This document shows positions 35,901-48,359 of a stretch of DNA of 64,000 nt, one piece after another. Position 1 is the first letter of the stretch, and each line of letters opens with the position of its first letter. A program made the position numbers and the translations under genes. Below the pieces are notes generated by a model that was given only the letters and a program-made list of their open reading frames with translations, searched no databases and had not been told where the DNA came from. The DNA comes from Camelus ferus. Lineage: Eukaryota. The stretch spans positions 93,000,001 to 93,064,000 of the forward strand of contig NC_045700.1 of NCBI RefSeq assembly GCF_009834535.1, written 5' to 3'.

Positions 35901-36845
35901 GGACGGGCTGTCCCAAGGGGGCCTCCTAAAGACACACCTACAGCCCGGCTCTGCAGCCAGTCACCGCAGCACAAGAGGAAGAGACACCGGGCTCTTCCAG
36001 GCCAGTGTTTCTCAAACGTGATTTTTGTCCATGAGCCGCACTAAAAAAGACATTTCTCACGGTGACCCATGAAGCACACACATTCACACACACAAACGCT
36101 CGCAGAACGCAACTCTGCAAACGCACACGTACACACACACACACACACACACGCACGTACACGGATGGAACAAGAGCTTCATAAAGCATTAGTTGCTCTT
36201 ACTCAGTACAATGCACCCTGGTGACTTTCTCTGTTCTCTCATTTTTAAAAATGCAGAATATAACCCTCCTAACTGATGGCATGACCCCCAGAGGTCATGC
36301 CCCGTAACGTGGAAAACACTGGTCTCAGTATCAAGTGGCCGCTGAGAGGGGAGAGCCAATGAGTGGGGTCCAGGGGGTGGAGGCTGGGGGTTGTCGGCGC
36401 AACAGGGGCTCAGGCCGCACCCCGCTTTCACGGTGTGCAGGCTCTTGGTGGCTCAGAGGGAGTGCTGTTCCGAAACCAAGGGTGACAGCTGGGCCTCCAG
36501 GTTTCCACCTACAGAAAAAGTGAGAGACGAGTTAGTCCCAACTGTTATCAAACAAGAAGGCTACGCGCTCTTACACGTGACCCTCCGTTGTCAGCAACGG
36601 CCTGCAAACTAAAAGCAGCCAAGCGATTTTAGTGCACACACATGTGAGCAAAGTACATAACCATCATCAATTCATGAACCCTCGCTGAACATGCCCACAT
36701 CAGGTTTAGCAGTAGGGGCAGGGATAATCCACATTTATTGCAATGCATGTGTGTTTAAAGGAATTGGAAAGCTTCCAGACTGAAAAGAATGGTTAAGGAA
36801 ATATATACCACCTCACAGAAAGAGTAACCGAACTGCCCACAACTT

Positions 36846-37386
36846 TCTTTTGTTTTAAATTGAAGTATATTTGATTTACAATGCTGTGTTAGATTCTGGT
36901 GTAGAGCACAGTGATTCAGTCATACATATATATTCTTTTTCATATTATTTTTCATAACAGGTTATTCCAAGATATTGAATGTAGTTCCCTGTGCTGCACA
37001 GGAGGATCTTGCTGTTATCTATTTTATATATAGTAGTGTCTGCAAATCTCAGACTCGTAATTTATCCCTCCCTGCCCCTTTTTCCTTTGGCAACCATAAG
37101 TTTGTTTTTGATGTCTGTGTCTGCTTCTGTTTTGTAAATAAGTTTGTTTGTATCATTTTTTTAGATTCCACTTGATATCATATGACATTTGTCTTTCTCT
37201 GTCTAACTGACTTCACNNNNNNNNNNNNNNNNNNNNNNNNNNNNNNNNNNNNNNNNNNNNNNNNNNNNNNNNNNNNNNNNNNNNNNNNNNNNNNNNNNNN
37301 NNNNNNNNNNNNNNNNNNNNNNNNNNNNNNNNNNNNNNNNNNNNTCCAATCACCTGTTGACGGACATTTAGGTTGCACATCTTACA
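36846..37386 (-). mobile_element. L1 3' end containing an N gap
   Basis: L1 3'UTR; TSD gcccacaactt at 36835-36845 and 37387-37397. Confidence 0.9.
37217..37344. other. Assembly gap (128 N)
   Basis: N run inside an L1. Confidence 0.99.
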
Positions 37387-37479
37387 GCCCACAACTTCCT
37401 AGATGTATTCAGAGAAAGCTCAGACAGCTGGTGTGTAGAGTTAAAAAGGGAAAAGAGCTGCCGCTGCAAGGAGAAAAGA

Positions 37480-37830
37480 CGAACTTCTAATAAGCACAAT
37501 GACGTAAATGCATATCACAGGCATTATGCTGAGCAAAAGTTGGATACACAGGGCGTACACTGGGTGGTTCCATTTGCCTGCAATCTAGAGCAGCTCAGGG
37601 TCAGTGGTGAAGGACACCAGGTCAGTGGTTACCTGGAGGTACAGGGTGCTGTGGTGGAGAATGACTGCAAAGGGGTCCAATGGGACTTTCTGGAGTGTTG
37701 GAAATATTCTGTATTTTAGTTGGGATGGTGGTTATGTGGATAATACACATCAAAATTCATCAAACTGTACATTAAAAATGGACGCATTTTGTTGTAGGTA
37801 AATCACATTAATAACGTCGATTTTTAATAG
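37480..37830 (+). mobile_element. Old L1M 3'UTR
   Basis: attatgctgagcaaaag, caggtcagtggttacctgg, gactttctggagtgttggaaatattctg, caaaattcatcaaactgtacattaaaa. Confidence 0.75.
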
Positions 37831-39231
37831 CTAAAATTAATCACTGTGATTAATTGAAGATAACATGGAAAATGTATGGGAAAAAAAGAAAAAACAAAAC
37901 AAAAACCAAACAGAACGACACAATCTGACCCCAAATAAGAATCTTGATAATCCCCATGTATACAAGTTTGGTAAAAATTTCCAACTCCCCACGGCAGCCA
38001 GTCTCCCTAGAGGCCAACTACGTGACTCCCAGCACATGCTAGTAACACATCAGCTGTGGTGTGTGAGCACTGCGTCGCAGAAGCTGTTGGTGACTAGGAG
38101 TGAGAGCACGGGGTCACGAGTAACGTACAGATCCCTGGATGTTGTGCACGCCAGCCCACAAGACAGAGAAAGTGACCTGCCTCTGGGTGTCCGCGTGAGG
38201 CCCATCCCGGGGACCTCAGCATCCAGGGTTTGCAGGGCACGCTCTGAGAAGCGTGCGGTACCCACGCTTCCTCCCACGTCAGGACCGCAGAGAGGACTCG
38301 CACTCGGTCAGTCTCCGGGATGGTCTGCCTCCCACCCGGCAGAGCGAGCAGCCGGTTTTCTGTGAGGTCTCCTCACGCATCGCAAGTCCACCCTGGGCTG
38401 TGGCCACCAGACACCCATCTCCCAGCTCGTGACCTGCCCGTGTGTAACCTGGCAGGCACCTACTTTCTGTCTCACCCGAAGGCCGTCTGCTCTGCCCCCC
38501 AGAGGAGAATCTGGGAGCAGGTCTCCGGTGGGATGTTTTCTCCCAGGCAGCTCTGCCCTCCTGCTACTCCACCAGGAAGTTACAGCCCAGGCCCTCAGAC
38601 AAGCACAGGGCTGGCCCTGCCCCTGCGTCCTCTCTCTGCACAAGACGAGCTCGGGGTCACAGGGAAGGCTGGAGTGGGCGCCCGGAGTCAGTCCAGCCAG
38701 ACAGAGAAGGGGAATGTGGGGGAATGTGGAAAATCAGGCATCTCTTGTGCTCCGGCCCCCCTTACACTTGTGGTTGTGCAAGTAGAAACGGGGTGTAAAT
38801 GCTGACATGGTATACACCAGGCTGCGTTTACAGTCTGGCCCCACCCCTTGCCTTCAGGACCTCCAGCTTACTCCCCGGGAATTTACCTTGTGGCCCAGAA
38901 GCCAAACCAGCACTGAGTCACAGCCCAGAACAGCAGGGCCGAGCCCAGGACTCCTGGGTGATGCCTGACCCTGCCGAGCTCTCCCTGGCCCCAGATCCTA
39001 TATGGAGGTGCCCTCCTCCCCATCTCTGGACCTCCTGTTAGTGCCAAGGGATTCCTAGGGGGCAAAGGGGGTCGGGGTGGGGAGAGCTGGGGAGCGTGGC
39101 TGCCAGGCACCACCTCAGGTGGCTGCGGGGAGCTGACTTGAAACCAAAGCAGCCCCACTTTGCTGGATGGGGGAGAGTTGGGGGCAGGGTGTGTGGAGGG
39201 GAGAAGCCCACGCAGGAGACAGCGGCCACCA

Positions 39232-39565
39232 CAGTGATACAAGTGAACTTATTTACAAAGCAGAAGAGAGCCTCACAGTCATAGAAAACAAACTTGTGGT
39301 TATGAAAAGGGGGGGAGGGATAAAGTAGGAGTCTGGGATTGGCAGACACGTACTAATACACAGAAAATAGATACACAGAGAGGTCCTGCTGCACAGCACA
39401 GGGGGCTACACTCAGTAGCTTGTAATAACCTGTGATGATAAAGAATATGAAGAAAGAATGTATGTGTGTGTAACTGCATCACGGAGCTGTACACCGGAAA
39501 CTAACACAACATTGTAAATCAATTACGCTTCAATTAAAAAAAGAAAAAGAAAGAAAGAAAATACC
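39232..39565 (+). mobile_element. L1 3' end
   Basis: gatacaagtgaacttatttacaaagcagaa, ggaaactaacacaacattgtaaatcaatta, A-rich tail. Confidence 0.9.
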
Positions 39566-39690
39566 TGTATGAGCTATTGCCAGGATCCGGCAAGTGAAAA
39601 CAGATGCGGGAAAGCTTCTCCTGCCTTCAGCTGATAGAAGGCCCAGCTTTGTTCCCCGAAATGGTAACTGGCCCTCGTTTCTGCCCCCAG

Positions 39691-39798
39691 GTGCAGACCT
39701 CGGTGTCACACCAGAGAAGCAGCTGCTCCCTCTCTGCGATGCCCCAGGGAAGACAAGGAGCTGAGCCCCCCACCACATGCTCCCAAAGCAGACGGCAG
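39691..39798 (+). other. Candidate internal exon (108 nt)
   Basis: Branch-like gtaact at 39664, ccctcgtttctgcccccAG acceptor, consensus donor CAG|GTAAGT at 39799; unique sequence. Confidence 0.5.
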
Positions 39799-40890
39799 GT
39801 AAGTGTCTGAAAATGTATGTGCCCGACCCTCACGCAGCCACAGAAAGTCAAACTAAACGAACAATGCGGCCACTTTTGTCTAGCAAACTTACACATTCCT
39901 TAAGATGATAATAATTATTATTGAACAGGCTACAAAGAAATAGCTACTGGTGACTGTTCCCCAGAATGCAAATTGGTCCTCCATTCTAGAGTCGGTATTG
40001 TCAAAGCATAAAAATAAAAAGTATGGACGCGCTCACAGCTGCCCGGCACGTCCTCCAGCGGGAAACCAGTTCTTTTCTGAGGGGTTTTCGTTTTCTCCCC
40101 ACTCGCAAGGCTGGTGTGAGACGTAAGCCACTATGCAAAGACTACCTCCGGACTTCTCCCAGGGCTATCAGGGGAGATGCAGTTGTAATCTCTATGGACT
40201 TATGAGCCGAGAGTGGACAGTGTTCCTCTTTGTCACCACGTAGAGAATTCTCATTTAAAACCCAAGCCAAGCCTGGGAAAAGCAGGGCTACAGTCGAAAG
40301 AGCCAGAGCCAGTCCCCTGATTACATTATTTGAATCCCTGGATCCAGCCATTCCTGAAACCGGCACCACACCTTCAACCTCTTTGTTAAGTGAGCCAATA
40401 TAAAACTTTAAATCTAGAATATACAAGGAAGAAATAGAAGATGGGAAAAGGCTATGAATAATTTATTCACAGACTGGGGAAAAACTAAACAGCTAAAAAA
40501 TCATGGAAAGAAATCATCTTATTAATAATCATAAGTTCAATCAACAAAAATTGTCACTTTGCACCTACCAAACTGGCCCACATTTTAAAAGGATGTAATA
40601 AAAAGGGAGCTGAGAGGAAGGAAACCTTACACACCATTAGCAGGGGTATAAACTGGCAAAGCTCTTTGGGAGAGCAAGTTGAAAATATTTAGTGAAAATT
40701 ACTCTGCCTACGATATTACCCCAGACATCCTTAAAATGATGAATGTACACAACTTTTGTTACAGGAATGGTTGTGAAAGACTGGAATCTACTAAGCTATT
40801 AAAGAATTAAGGGACTGATCAAATAAATTACGGTATATTCATTTGATGAGATAATATGCAGCCATTAAAAATTATCCTGCAGTGCAATAT

Positions 40891-41700
40891 TGTGATTTAT
40901 AATAAGAAATATATTTTTGGTGTTGGTTCCTGTTCCTGGCACAGAGCGCCTAAAACCCTTGGAATTTCCTGTAAGCAGAGTAATAAAAGTGCCTTTTGTG
41001 TTATTTTAATGAGTGGCTTTGGGCCTTTATGAGTGACTTTGGGAAAGCCCGAAGTCACCTATGGATGGGGACTGGTTGCCAAGGGAGCCAACCATGTGAT
41101 TAGAGGACTGGAAATTTCAGCTCTGCTCCCTAATGTCCAGGCAGGGGAGAAAGGAGCTTGAGATTGAGTTAATCACCAGTAGCCGATGATTTGATCAATC
41201 ATACCTTTTTTATTGGGCCTCCACAAAAACCCAACAGACAAGAGTTCAGAGAGCTTCCGAGCTGGTGACTTTCCGGGGGATGTTCAGTGAGAGGCTCATT
41301 CGGAAAGCACGTGTCCCTTCCCCTGCACCTCGTCCTCGGCATCTCCTCCGTCTGGCTGTCTCTGAGTTACATCCTTTTATAATAAACCAGTAATCTAGTA
41401 GGTAGAACATTACCCTGAATTCTGTGAGCTGCTCTAGCAAGTTAATCGGACCTCAGATCTGTAGCCAGTGGCTCAGAAGCATGGGTGACTATCAACCTGG
41501 ACTTCAGATCGGCGTCTGAGGTAGGGGGAGGGGAGCAGTCTTGTGGGACTGAGCCCTCAACCTGGGGGATCTGATGTTACCGCCAGGTAAATGGTCAGAA
41601 TTGTGGTAAGTTGTAGGACCCCCCTGCCCCATATCCCAGAATTTCTTGGATGTTTGGGGATGGGGGAATCTACACGTTGGAACTAGAATCAGAATTGTAG
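40891..41700 (+). mobile_element. MER21C-like solo LTR
   Basis: ttgtgatttataataagaaatatattt, ttcctggcacagagcgcctaaaacccttggaatttcctg, cttttataataaaccagtaa, gtcttgtgggactgagccctcaacctg. Confidence 0.85.
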
Positions 41701-42799
41701 TTGCAGAAATTAATTCGTCAATATGGAAAGTTATTCATGACATACTGATAAGTAAAAAAGCTGATTATAAAATAGTATGTGTGACCGATTCATACAGAAC
41801 ACAGAACCTCCTAAAAGGATGCCCAGTAAACCCCTAAGTACAGTTACCTCTGAGACTACTAGTGTCTTCCCCACTTTTCCCCCCGGTTTGTCTGTGTCTC
41901 CTGATAGCTCAGCAGTGAACGTATATTACTTACATAATAAAGCAATACAAAATTTTTCAAAATGAGCTTTTACTAGTAAGAAATGCTGTGCTCTTGGGCC
42001 GACCCCCAGACATGTTTCGCAGATTCCAGTGGTGGCAATCTCCGACACGATTCTTGTGTTGTTGTAGCGTATCAGCCCCTAGACGTGTTGATTTGGGGAA
42101 GAAAAAAGTTCAGCACCTGGAGACAGAGCACGAGTGACCTGCAGGTGTTTCCTGCGTTGACGGGAAAAGCCTAAATATAGACAATTCGACGGTGAGAATG
42201 GATGCACCCCGCGCCGTGATGCGAACGAACGCCGGTTTTCTTACTGCCCGTTGCTCGGGCTCGCCGCGCACAGTGGGGCGTTTGCTGGATGTCCGGATGT
42301 TGGGTAGTTTTCCACTCTGCACTCAGCTCGCGGCCTGTTTCTGGGTCATTTGGCACCCGCGTGCCCACTCCATCCTGTTGGAAGGGGCCCAAGGGAAAGA
42401 CCACAGTGGTTAAGGACACAGAAGCTGGCCTTTGCCAAGAAAAACACTCACGCCACTGTGACTTCACAGGATGGGGCTGGACCCAAGGAGGCAGGTTCTC
42501 TCCCCTGGTAGAAAAGGGCAGCTTGCTCACCACCCACTAAGGCTTTTCTGGGACATGTGAGAATAACTTCCAGAGTCAGAAGGGACCTTACTTCACCTGG
42601 GTATCCTACTCCCAGTGGAAGATCAGGTCACAGCTCAGAACATCATCTCCAGTGTGACCTTAAACCTCCTCCTTGTGCATTCACGCCCTTTTCACAGGTT
42701 TAGATGTTTTAGGGGGAATAATTTTGTAATCGCCCGAAAAGGTTGAAGTTCCATCCTAAGTATTCCATGGCTTAATGAAGAATTTTCGTTTTCTACCAG

Positions 42800-43100
42800 A
42801 TGATATCACTTATTTGTGGAATCCAAAAAAATTAAACAAATGAACTTTGAACTTACTTACAAAACAGAAACAGACTCACAGACATAGCAGACAAACTTAT
42901 GGTTACCTGGGGAGAGGGGGTGGGAAGGGATAAATGGGAGTTTGAGATTTGCAGATACACATTGCTGTATATAAAATAGATAAACAACAAGGTCCTGCTG
43001 TACAGCACGGGGAACTATATTCAGGACCTTGTAGTAACCTATAATGAAAAAGAATGTATGCATGACTGAAACATTATGCTGTACACCAGAAACTGACACA
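42800..43100 (+). mobile_element. L1 3' end
   Basis: cacttatttgtggaatcc, aaacagactcacagacatag, gagtttgagatttgcagatac, gactgaaacattatgctgtacaccagaaactgacac. Confidence 0.9.
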
Positions 43101-43539
43101 CCTTTGTGAAACAGCTATAATTTTTTTTTTAATTTTCATTTTCCATCCCAAGGGAAGCTGTTCTGGGCTTTCATTCAACTCAGTTGCCCAAATTTGCAGA
43201 ATTTGGAGCCCCTCAAGGTACCTATGAGGGCATAGAAGCTATCTGGGGAGGGAGGAGCGAGGAAGAAGAAGGCTGGTTCCAGGCAGCGGGAACGTCCCCA
43301 GCAAGCATCCTCAGTGGGAGGAGTGCAGTCCTTCAGAGGAGGGGTGTGTTAGGGAAATAGAATCTGCGACAGTGAAAATGACTGTGAGAACTTCTAAGGA
43401 ACCAGGAAAGGACAGAGGAACTCTCTTTAAATACTTGCAGGGCTGTTCTTAAAGACACACGTCTAAGCACGAAAAGAAATTGCCTGCCCAGGTGCCGGTC
43501 TGTTCAGCCATTGCCCCAGCTCTCTCCTTGGCCTGGAAT

Positions 43540-43840
43540 GCTCCTCCCCAGGACAGCAAGCAACTCCTTCCTCACCTCCTTGGCGTACCTCTCAGTGAAG
43601 CCTTTTCCGATTATGTCAAACCTCACAGCCTCCCCACCTGGCACTTCTGTCCCCTCGCCTATGACTTTTCCCCATAACACCTGTCACCATCTGGCATGCC
43701 AGTGTTCGTTTACTGTGTGTCTCCCCAAAGAAAGTGCCAGCCCCTCAAAGGCAGGGATTTTATTTGTCCATTGACGTTTCCCTGGTGACTCCACTTCTTG
43801 TCAAGTGCATATGGTAGGCACTCAATACATAGCTATTTAG
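43540..43840 (+). mobile_element. L2 3' end
   Basis: ctcagtgaagccttttccga, gggcagggattttatttgtcca, catatggtaggcactcaatacat. Confidence 0.7.
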
Positions 43841-44808
43841 TTATTAGGTTAATTAATTGATTAACCAATATTATGCATATTATTCTGTCCTTTAGTGGAG
43901 CCATTGGCCATCTCCTTCATCTCTAGATTGTAGCTTCATAAAAGCAGAGACTCTGAGGGAAACATTTTGGGTTCCCTAAGTCCTTAGCACATTGACGAAT
44001 GAATGATGGATGAGTGAATGAGCAAAGGAACATGCCGGCTAGGACCCAAAGGACAGATGGCACATTAGAAGAAGAGGGAAGCCATTGGATTTTGAATGGA
44101 GGCTGGGAATTTCTTCTTGTAGCAAGATTTCAAGTTTACACTTATGCTGCTTGTGAAGCAGTCGGCCCAGTAATAAAAAAAAAACTATTTTTATTTATTC
44201 AATACAATTCAAAGTTTTTCAAATTGAGTGAGAATTCCTAAAGAAAATTTTTCTTGGAGTCAAATAAGCTTGGGAACTCTAGTTGTACAAACTCCTTTAT
44301 AGTAAAGCTTACAGAAGACTTTAAAATGTTAATATTCATTCTACATGAATAGCCCATATTTGTAAATCCTTTTACTAATAATTTTCAGTCACAGAGGGCC
44401 CTGGCGGAGACACAGCCATGAACAGCCACCAGTCTCCCACTTAAACAGTGTTTGGAAAATATTGTTTCAGTTTACAGGTTAGAAATTAGCACAGACACCT
44501 ATTTCCTTGTAGACATATTACTCGGAAAAATCTATGTTAACTTTTCTGTTTGCAAAAGAACTGACACGTAAAAGTAAAGTAAAAAGCAATAAGATGGAGA
44601 AGAGGTAGGCATGACCGCCGGGTCGGTTAGGTGGTCGGAGAGGATCCAACATTATTTAAAGAAGAATCACAGTAAGCTTTTTTAGAGTCTGTAGGTTTCA
44701 AGGTAAGGGGACAAGGAAGAAAGGACAGAAAGTCTGATCCCCCCCTCCCCGGTAGAAACAGGCAGGAGGGAGAAAGAAACCCCCCTCCTCTGCAGGTAGA
44801 GCGCATCT

Positions 44809-44944
44809 NNNNNNNNNNNNNNNNNNNNNNNNNNNNNNNNNNNNNNNNNNNNNNNNNNNNNNNNNNNNNNNNNNNNNNNNNNNNNNNNNNNNNNNNNNNN
44901 NNNNNNNNNNNNNNNNNNNNNNNNNNNNNNNNNNNNNNNNNNNN
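44809..44944. other. Assembly gap (136 N)
   Basis: N run directly after ggtagagcgcatct, which resembles a SINE A-box segment. Confidence 0.99.
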
Positions 44945-45551
44945 GAAGCTGGGGAATGAGCTTTGTGCCCGTGGACTGGGCTGTGCTTCAAACCTGTGCT
45001 TCTGGGCCACTTGTCAGAGCTCATCAGAGTCACCTTTAATCCCGTGCGGCTCCCCCGGGCACAGATGGCCAAGCCCTGAGCAAGACAATGGTGGCGGAAA
45101 GGCAAAAAGAGGAAACAAGCCTACCAAAGGTCTTTTCCCTTCCAACATGTCACTTGGAAAAAAAAAAAAAGGAAAAACTAGGATTCAGTGTCATTGGATG
45201 CCTGTTCTCATTTCCAGGAAGAAAGTTTATGTGCAGAAAGATGTCTCACTTCCAGCATGTGGTGTGGGGCTGGCACCGCCACCCTGCTCCTTCCCGGGGG
45301 GTTTGAAATGTCAAAGTCGTCACCTCTATTCCTTCTGGGAAAGGGCTGCTTGCTTGAGCTTTTCTGTTGAAAGTTTAGTTGAAAAAGTACGTTTGAGTTA
45401 CATGAGCCTATACATGTAGAGAGAGAAAGATGTGAGAGTTTGGGAAAAATGTAAACCGAGATGCTTGTTTATTTTGGCGGCATATCAGCAAAGGCACAGA
45501 AGGCAGCCCCCAGCCTGGCTGCAGGACGGTCGTTAGAAAGAGGGGAAGGCA

Positions 45552-45690
45552 AGTATCTTGTAGTAACTCATGGTGAAAAAGAATATGAAAATGAACATGT
45601 GTATGTACATGTATGACTGGAGCACTGTGCTGTGCACCAGAAATTGACACAAAGCTGTAAACGTTGACTGACTAGACTTCAATTTAAAAA

Positions 45691-45721
<31 letters not shown>

Positions 45722-45728
45722 CACACAT
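45552..45728 (+). mobile_element. L1 3' tip with an A/(TA)n tail
   Basis: tatcttgtagtaactcatggtgaaaaagaatatgaaaatgaacatg, caccagaaattgacac; outer TSD agaaagaggggaaggca (45535-45551) and agaaagtgggaaaggca (45900-45916). Confidence 0.85.
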
Positions 45729-45880
45729 GGGGGGAGGATACAGCTCAAGCACTGGAGCACATGCTCAGCATGAGCAAGGTCCTAGGATCAATCCTCAGCA
45801 CCTCCTCTAAAAATAAACAAATAAATAAGCCTAATTACCTCCCCCACAAAAGAAAACTTAAAAAAAAACTAAAAAAGAAA
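45729..45880 (+). mobile_element. tRNA-Ala-derived SINE, long form, inserted in the L1 tail
   Basis: ggggaggatacagctcaagcactggagcacatgctcagcatgagcaaggtcctaggatcaatcctcagcacctcc plus tail taaaaataaacaaataaataagcctaattacctccccc. Confidence 0.9.
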
Positions 45881-47699
45881 AATATATATATAGATATATA
45901 GAAAGTGGGAAAGGCAGGCTGAATCCAAATCATTAGACATCAGCTACTAGGCTGAGAAGTTTGATTCTGAGATGTCCCCTTGTCTCCTCCCCACACTTTG
46001 CACGTTTCTGACCATGCGCATGATTGCTTTTGTCTTTAGGGAGAAGAGAAAAATCAGCTTTATTAGAAATTGGGAGGCATGAACATTTCTGTAAGAATAA
46101 AATAATAGTCTAAAAATACTTAAAAGTTCAGTGACATGATTTCTATTCATCCTGCCTGGCACCAAGGGTCCCATTCAAGAGGGTGGCCTGCCTGGAGAAG
46201 GTGCGGGGCCAGGGGTAGAATCTGGGCTGGAAGAGGGCCGGGGAGGAGCCTTGAGAACTGAGCAGGGGGAGGCCTGCAGCCAGACCGCCCCCACACTCTC
46301 GCTGCCCCCCCGGGGGGAATGCCAGCTGGGGGGATGCACCTGGAGCCCAGGCTGGACCACAGCAGTGCCAGGTAAGCCAAGACCCAGGCCGCCTTCCTCC
46401 AGCCCTCCTCCCAGACCCCAGACCTTGTCGCCAGAGCATTTTCTGGGTTCCTGTCCTGTTTTCCACGTCAGGCTTTTGCTGCGAACCCAGACGTTTCCCT
46501 CTCTTCTTTCCCACCCCTCCCCCCTTGGAAACCCTGTTGTTTGTTAACTGTGCTTTCGAACCTGGGAGGGGAGGCATGTCCTCTGCCTTCCCTGCTCACC
46601 CTCAGGCCTGGCTCCCGGTTCTTGACCCTGCCTGTGGAGAAGAGCTCTTCTGTTCTGGGTCCAGAGGGCTTTTCTGTTCCTTTCCTCCAGACCAAACCAG
46701 TGTTGACCTGGGCCCTGGGGGGCAACAGGTGTGCTTCCCCAAACAGCTAAAGGCTCCTGCTTCCTGCTTCCTGTGTGAGAAGGTCCTGGCTGTCCTCCCC
46801 ACCCTACACCTCGGGAGACTGCGGAGGCCGGTGTTCTCCTCTCTCCTGCTCCCTCCCACCATCCCCCTCAGCCCGGCCCCCGGAGGAGAACCATGGACAG
46901 GCCTACTCCCCTTGTGTATGCAGCTCCCCAGGATTTCGCTCTCAGAAGAGCCCATGCTGAGTCTTTGACAAGGAGGTAAAACCCTGGGCTGAGAGCTTCC
47001 CACCTGCTGTGTGTCGGCCCACCCTCTCCCCTGTTCTGACCAGGAGGACCGGACCCTGTGCTCCCGTCCCACCCCTTCCTGGAGCCCCGTGTCCCTCCCT
47101 GGGCTTCAGGCGGTGCATTCGTCTTTCTCACTGTTCTGGGGGAGCACAGCTGTCCCCACTTCTCTACGTCATAAGCAGAACCTGGACGTCCCCCCACTTT
47201 TATTCCTTTTCTGAAAAAAATAGAATTTTTTAAAGGATTGAATGTAATGCACTTCCCTGGGCTCCCTCTGAGTGTATTTTTGTTTCATTTTGTTTTGTCT
47301 TTGAGGACTGTAACAACATTTGGGGGCTGAATGGTGTGTTTCTTCTGATGTATTTACATACATCAAACAAAATGTATGAGGAGTGTTTTTGCAATTTACA
47401 AAAGCCTTTCCTCCGAATGCCTTATCTAAGTGACCTTCACGGCCACCCGAGACCCCCACACAGTCTCCTAGGTGCGCACCTGTGAGTGGCAGAGCTAAGA
47501 TGACAACCTGGCTCTCGGGGCCAAATCCCACTGCTATTTCCTCTGTAACATGCTCATCCTGGTAGCAGTCCTGACCTATACAAGCCAGGTGCCTTTCTTA
47601 TGTTACTTTAATTAAAAAGAAATCCAGGTTTCAAGCCATCAAGGTCCTTGCTTGAAGTCCAGAAACGAGCCTTTCCATTCAAGGCTGGCCCTTGAGCCC

Positions 47700-47830
47700 C
47701 CGCCTCAATCAAGGATGGCGCCCCGAGCACCCGCCCCGAGCCAGGCGCGGGACTAGACTTAGAGCCAACGCTCGCGGAGGTCGGCCTTTAAGTCGGCTCG
47801 GGCTAGAGAGGCTCTTTTTGTCATCGTCTT
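47700..47830 (+). promoter_or_regulatory. Small CpG cluster, promoter-like
   Basis: 13 CpG in ~103 bp; GC box, YY1-like aaggatggcg, tttaag at 47787, TCT-like tcttttt at 47813. Confidence 0.4.
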
Positions 47831-48359
47831 GTTGAATTCTTAAAACAGCCCTAGGAGCCAGAGGCCACTATATCCATTTAAAACATAATGTTGTTGTCTT
47901 TAATTTCTAAAGTGATACATACTCATGGTTTTGTTTTTCTTAATCAAACTCTATAAAAGTGTATAAAGTGAAAAATAAGGCTCCCACCCACCCTCCCAAC
48001 ATTCAAGCTCCGTAAGTAGCAATAAGTAGGTTATTTATCTACTCAGGTGTCCTGTGCATCCTCCTAGACCACGTGTGTACACACAGAAGCAGCTCCATAT
48101 CTGAATACATTTATGATACATTTTTTCTACCTAAATGGGCTTATACTATTTTGCCACTTGATTTTCTCTCACTGTACAGATAGATAAAGATCTCCGGCAT
48201 CTTTCCTTATCAGGAGAGAAGCAAGCATCTACGTTATTCTTCCAAGCAGCTGTTCAATATCCCATTGAATGGCTGGTCTAAAATTTATTTGGCCAGTTTC
48301 CTAACTGATAGGTATCAAAGTTATTTCTGGATGTTACAATGATACCCAGTGCTGAGATA

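Noticed and set aside
47761-47819. Pol III small RNA (agagcc...ggctct terminal stem plus T5)
   Set aside because: No A or B box, no PSE/TATA layout, poor internal fold and no similarity to vault, Y, 7SK or U6 RNAs.
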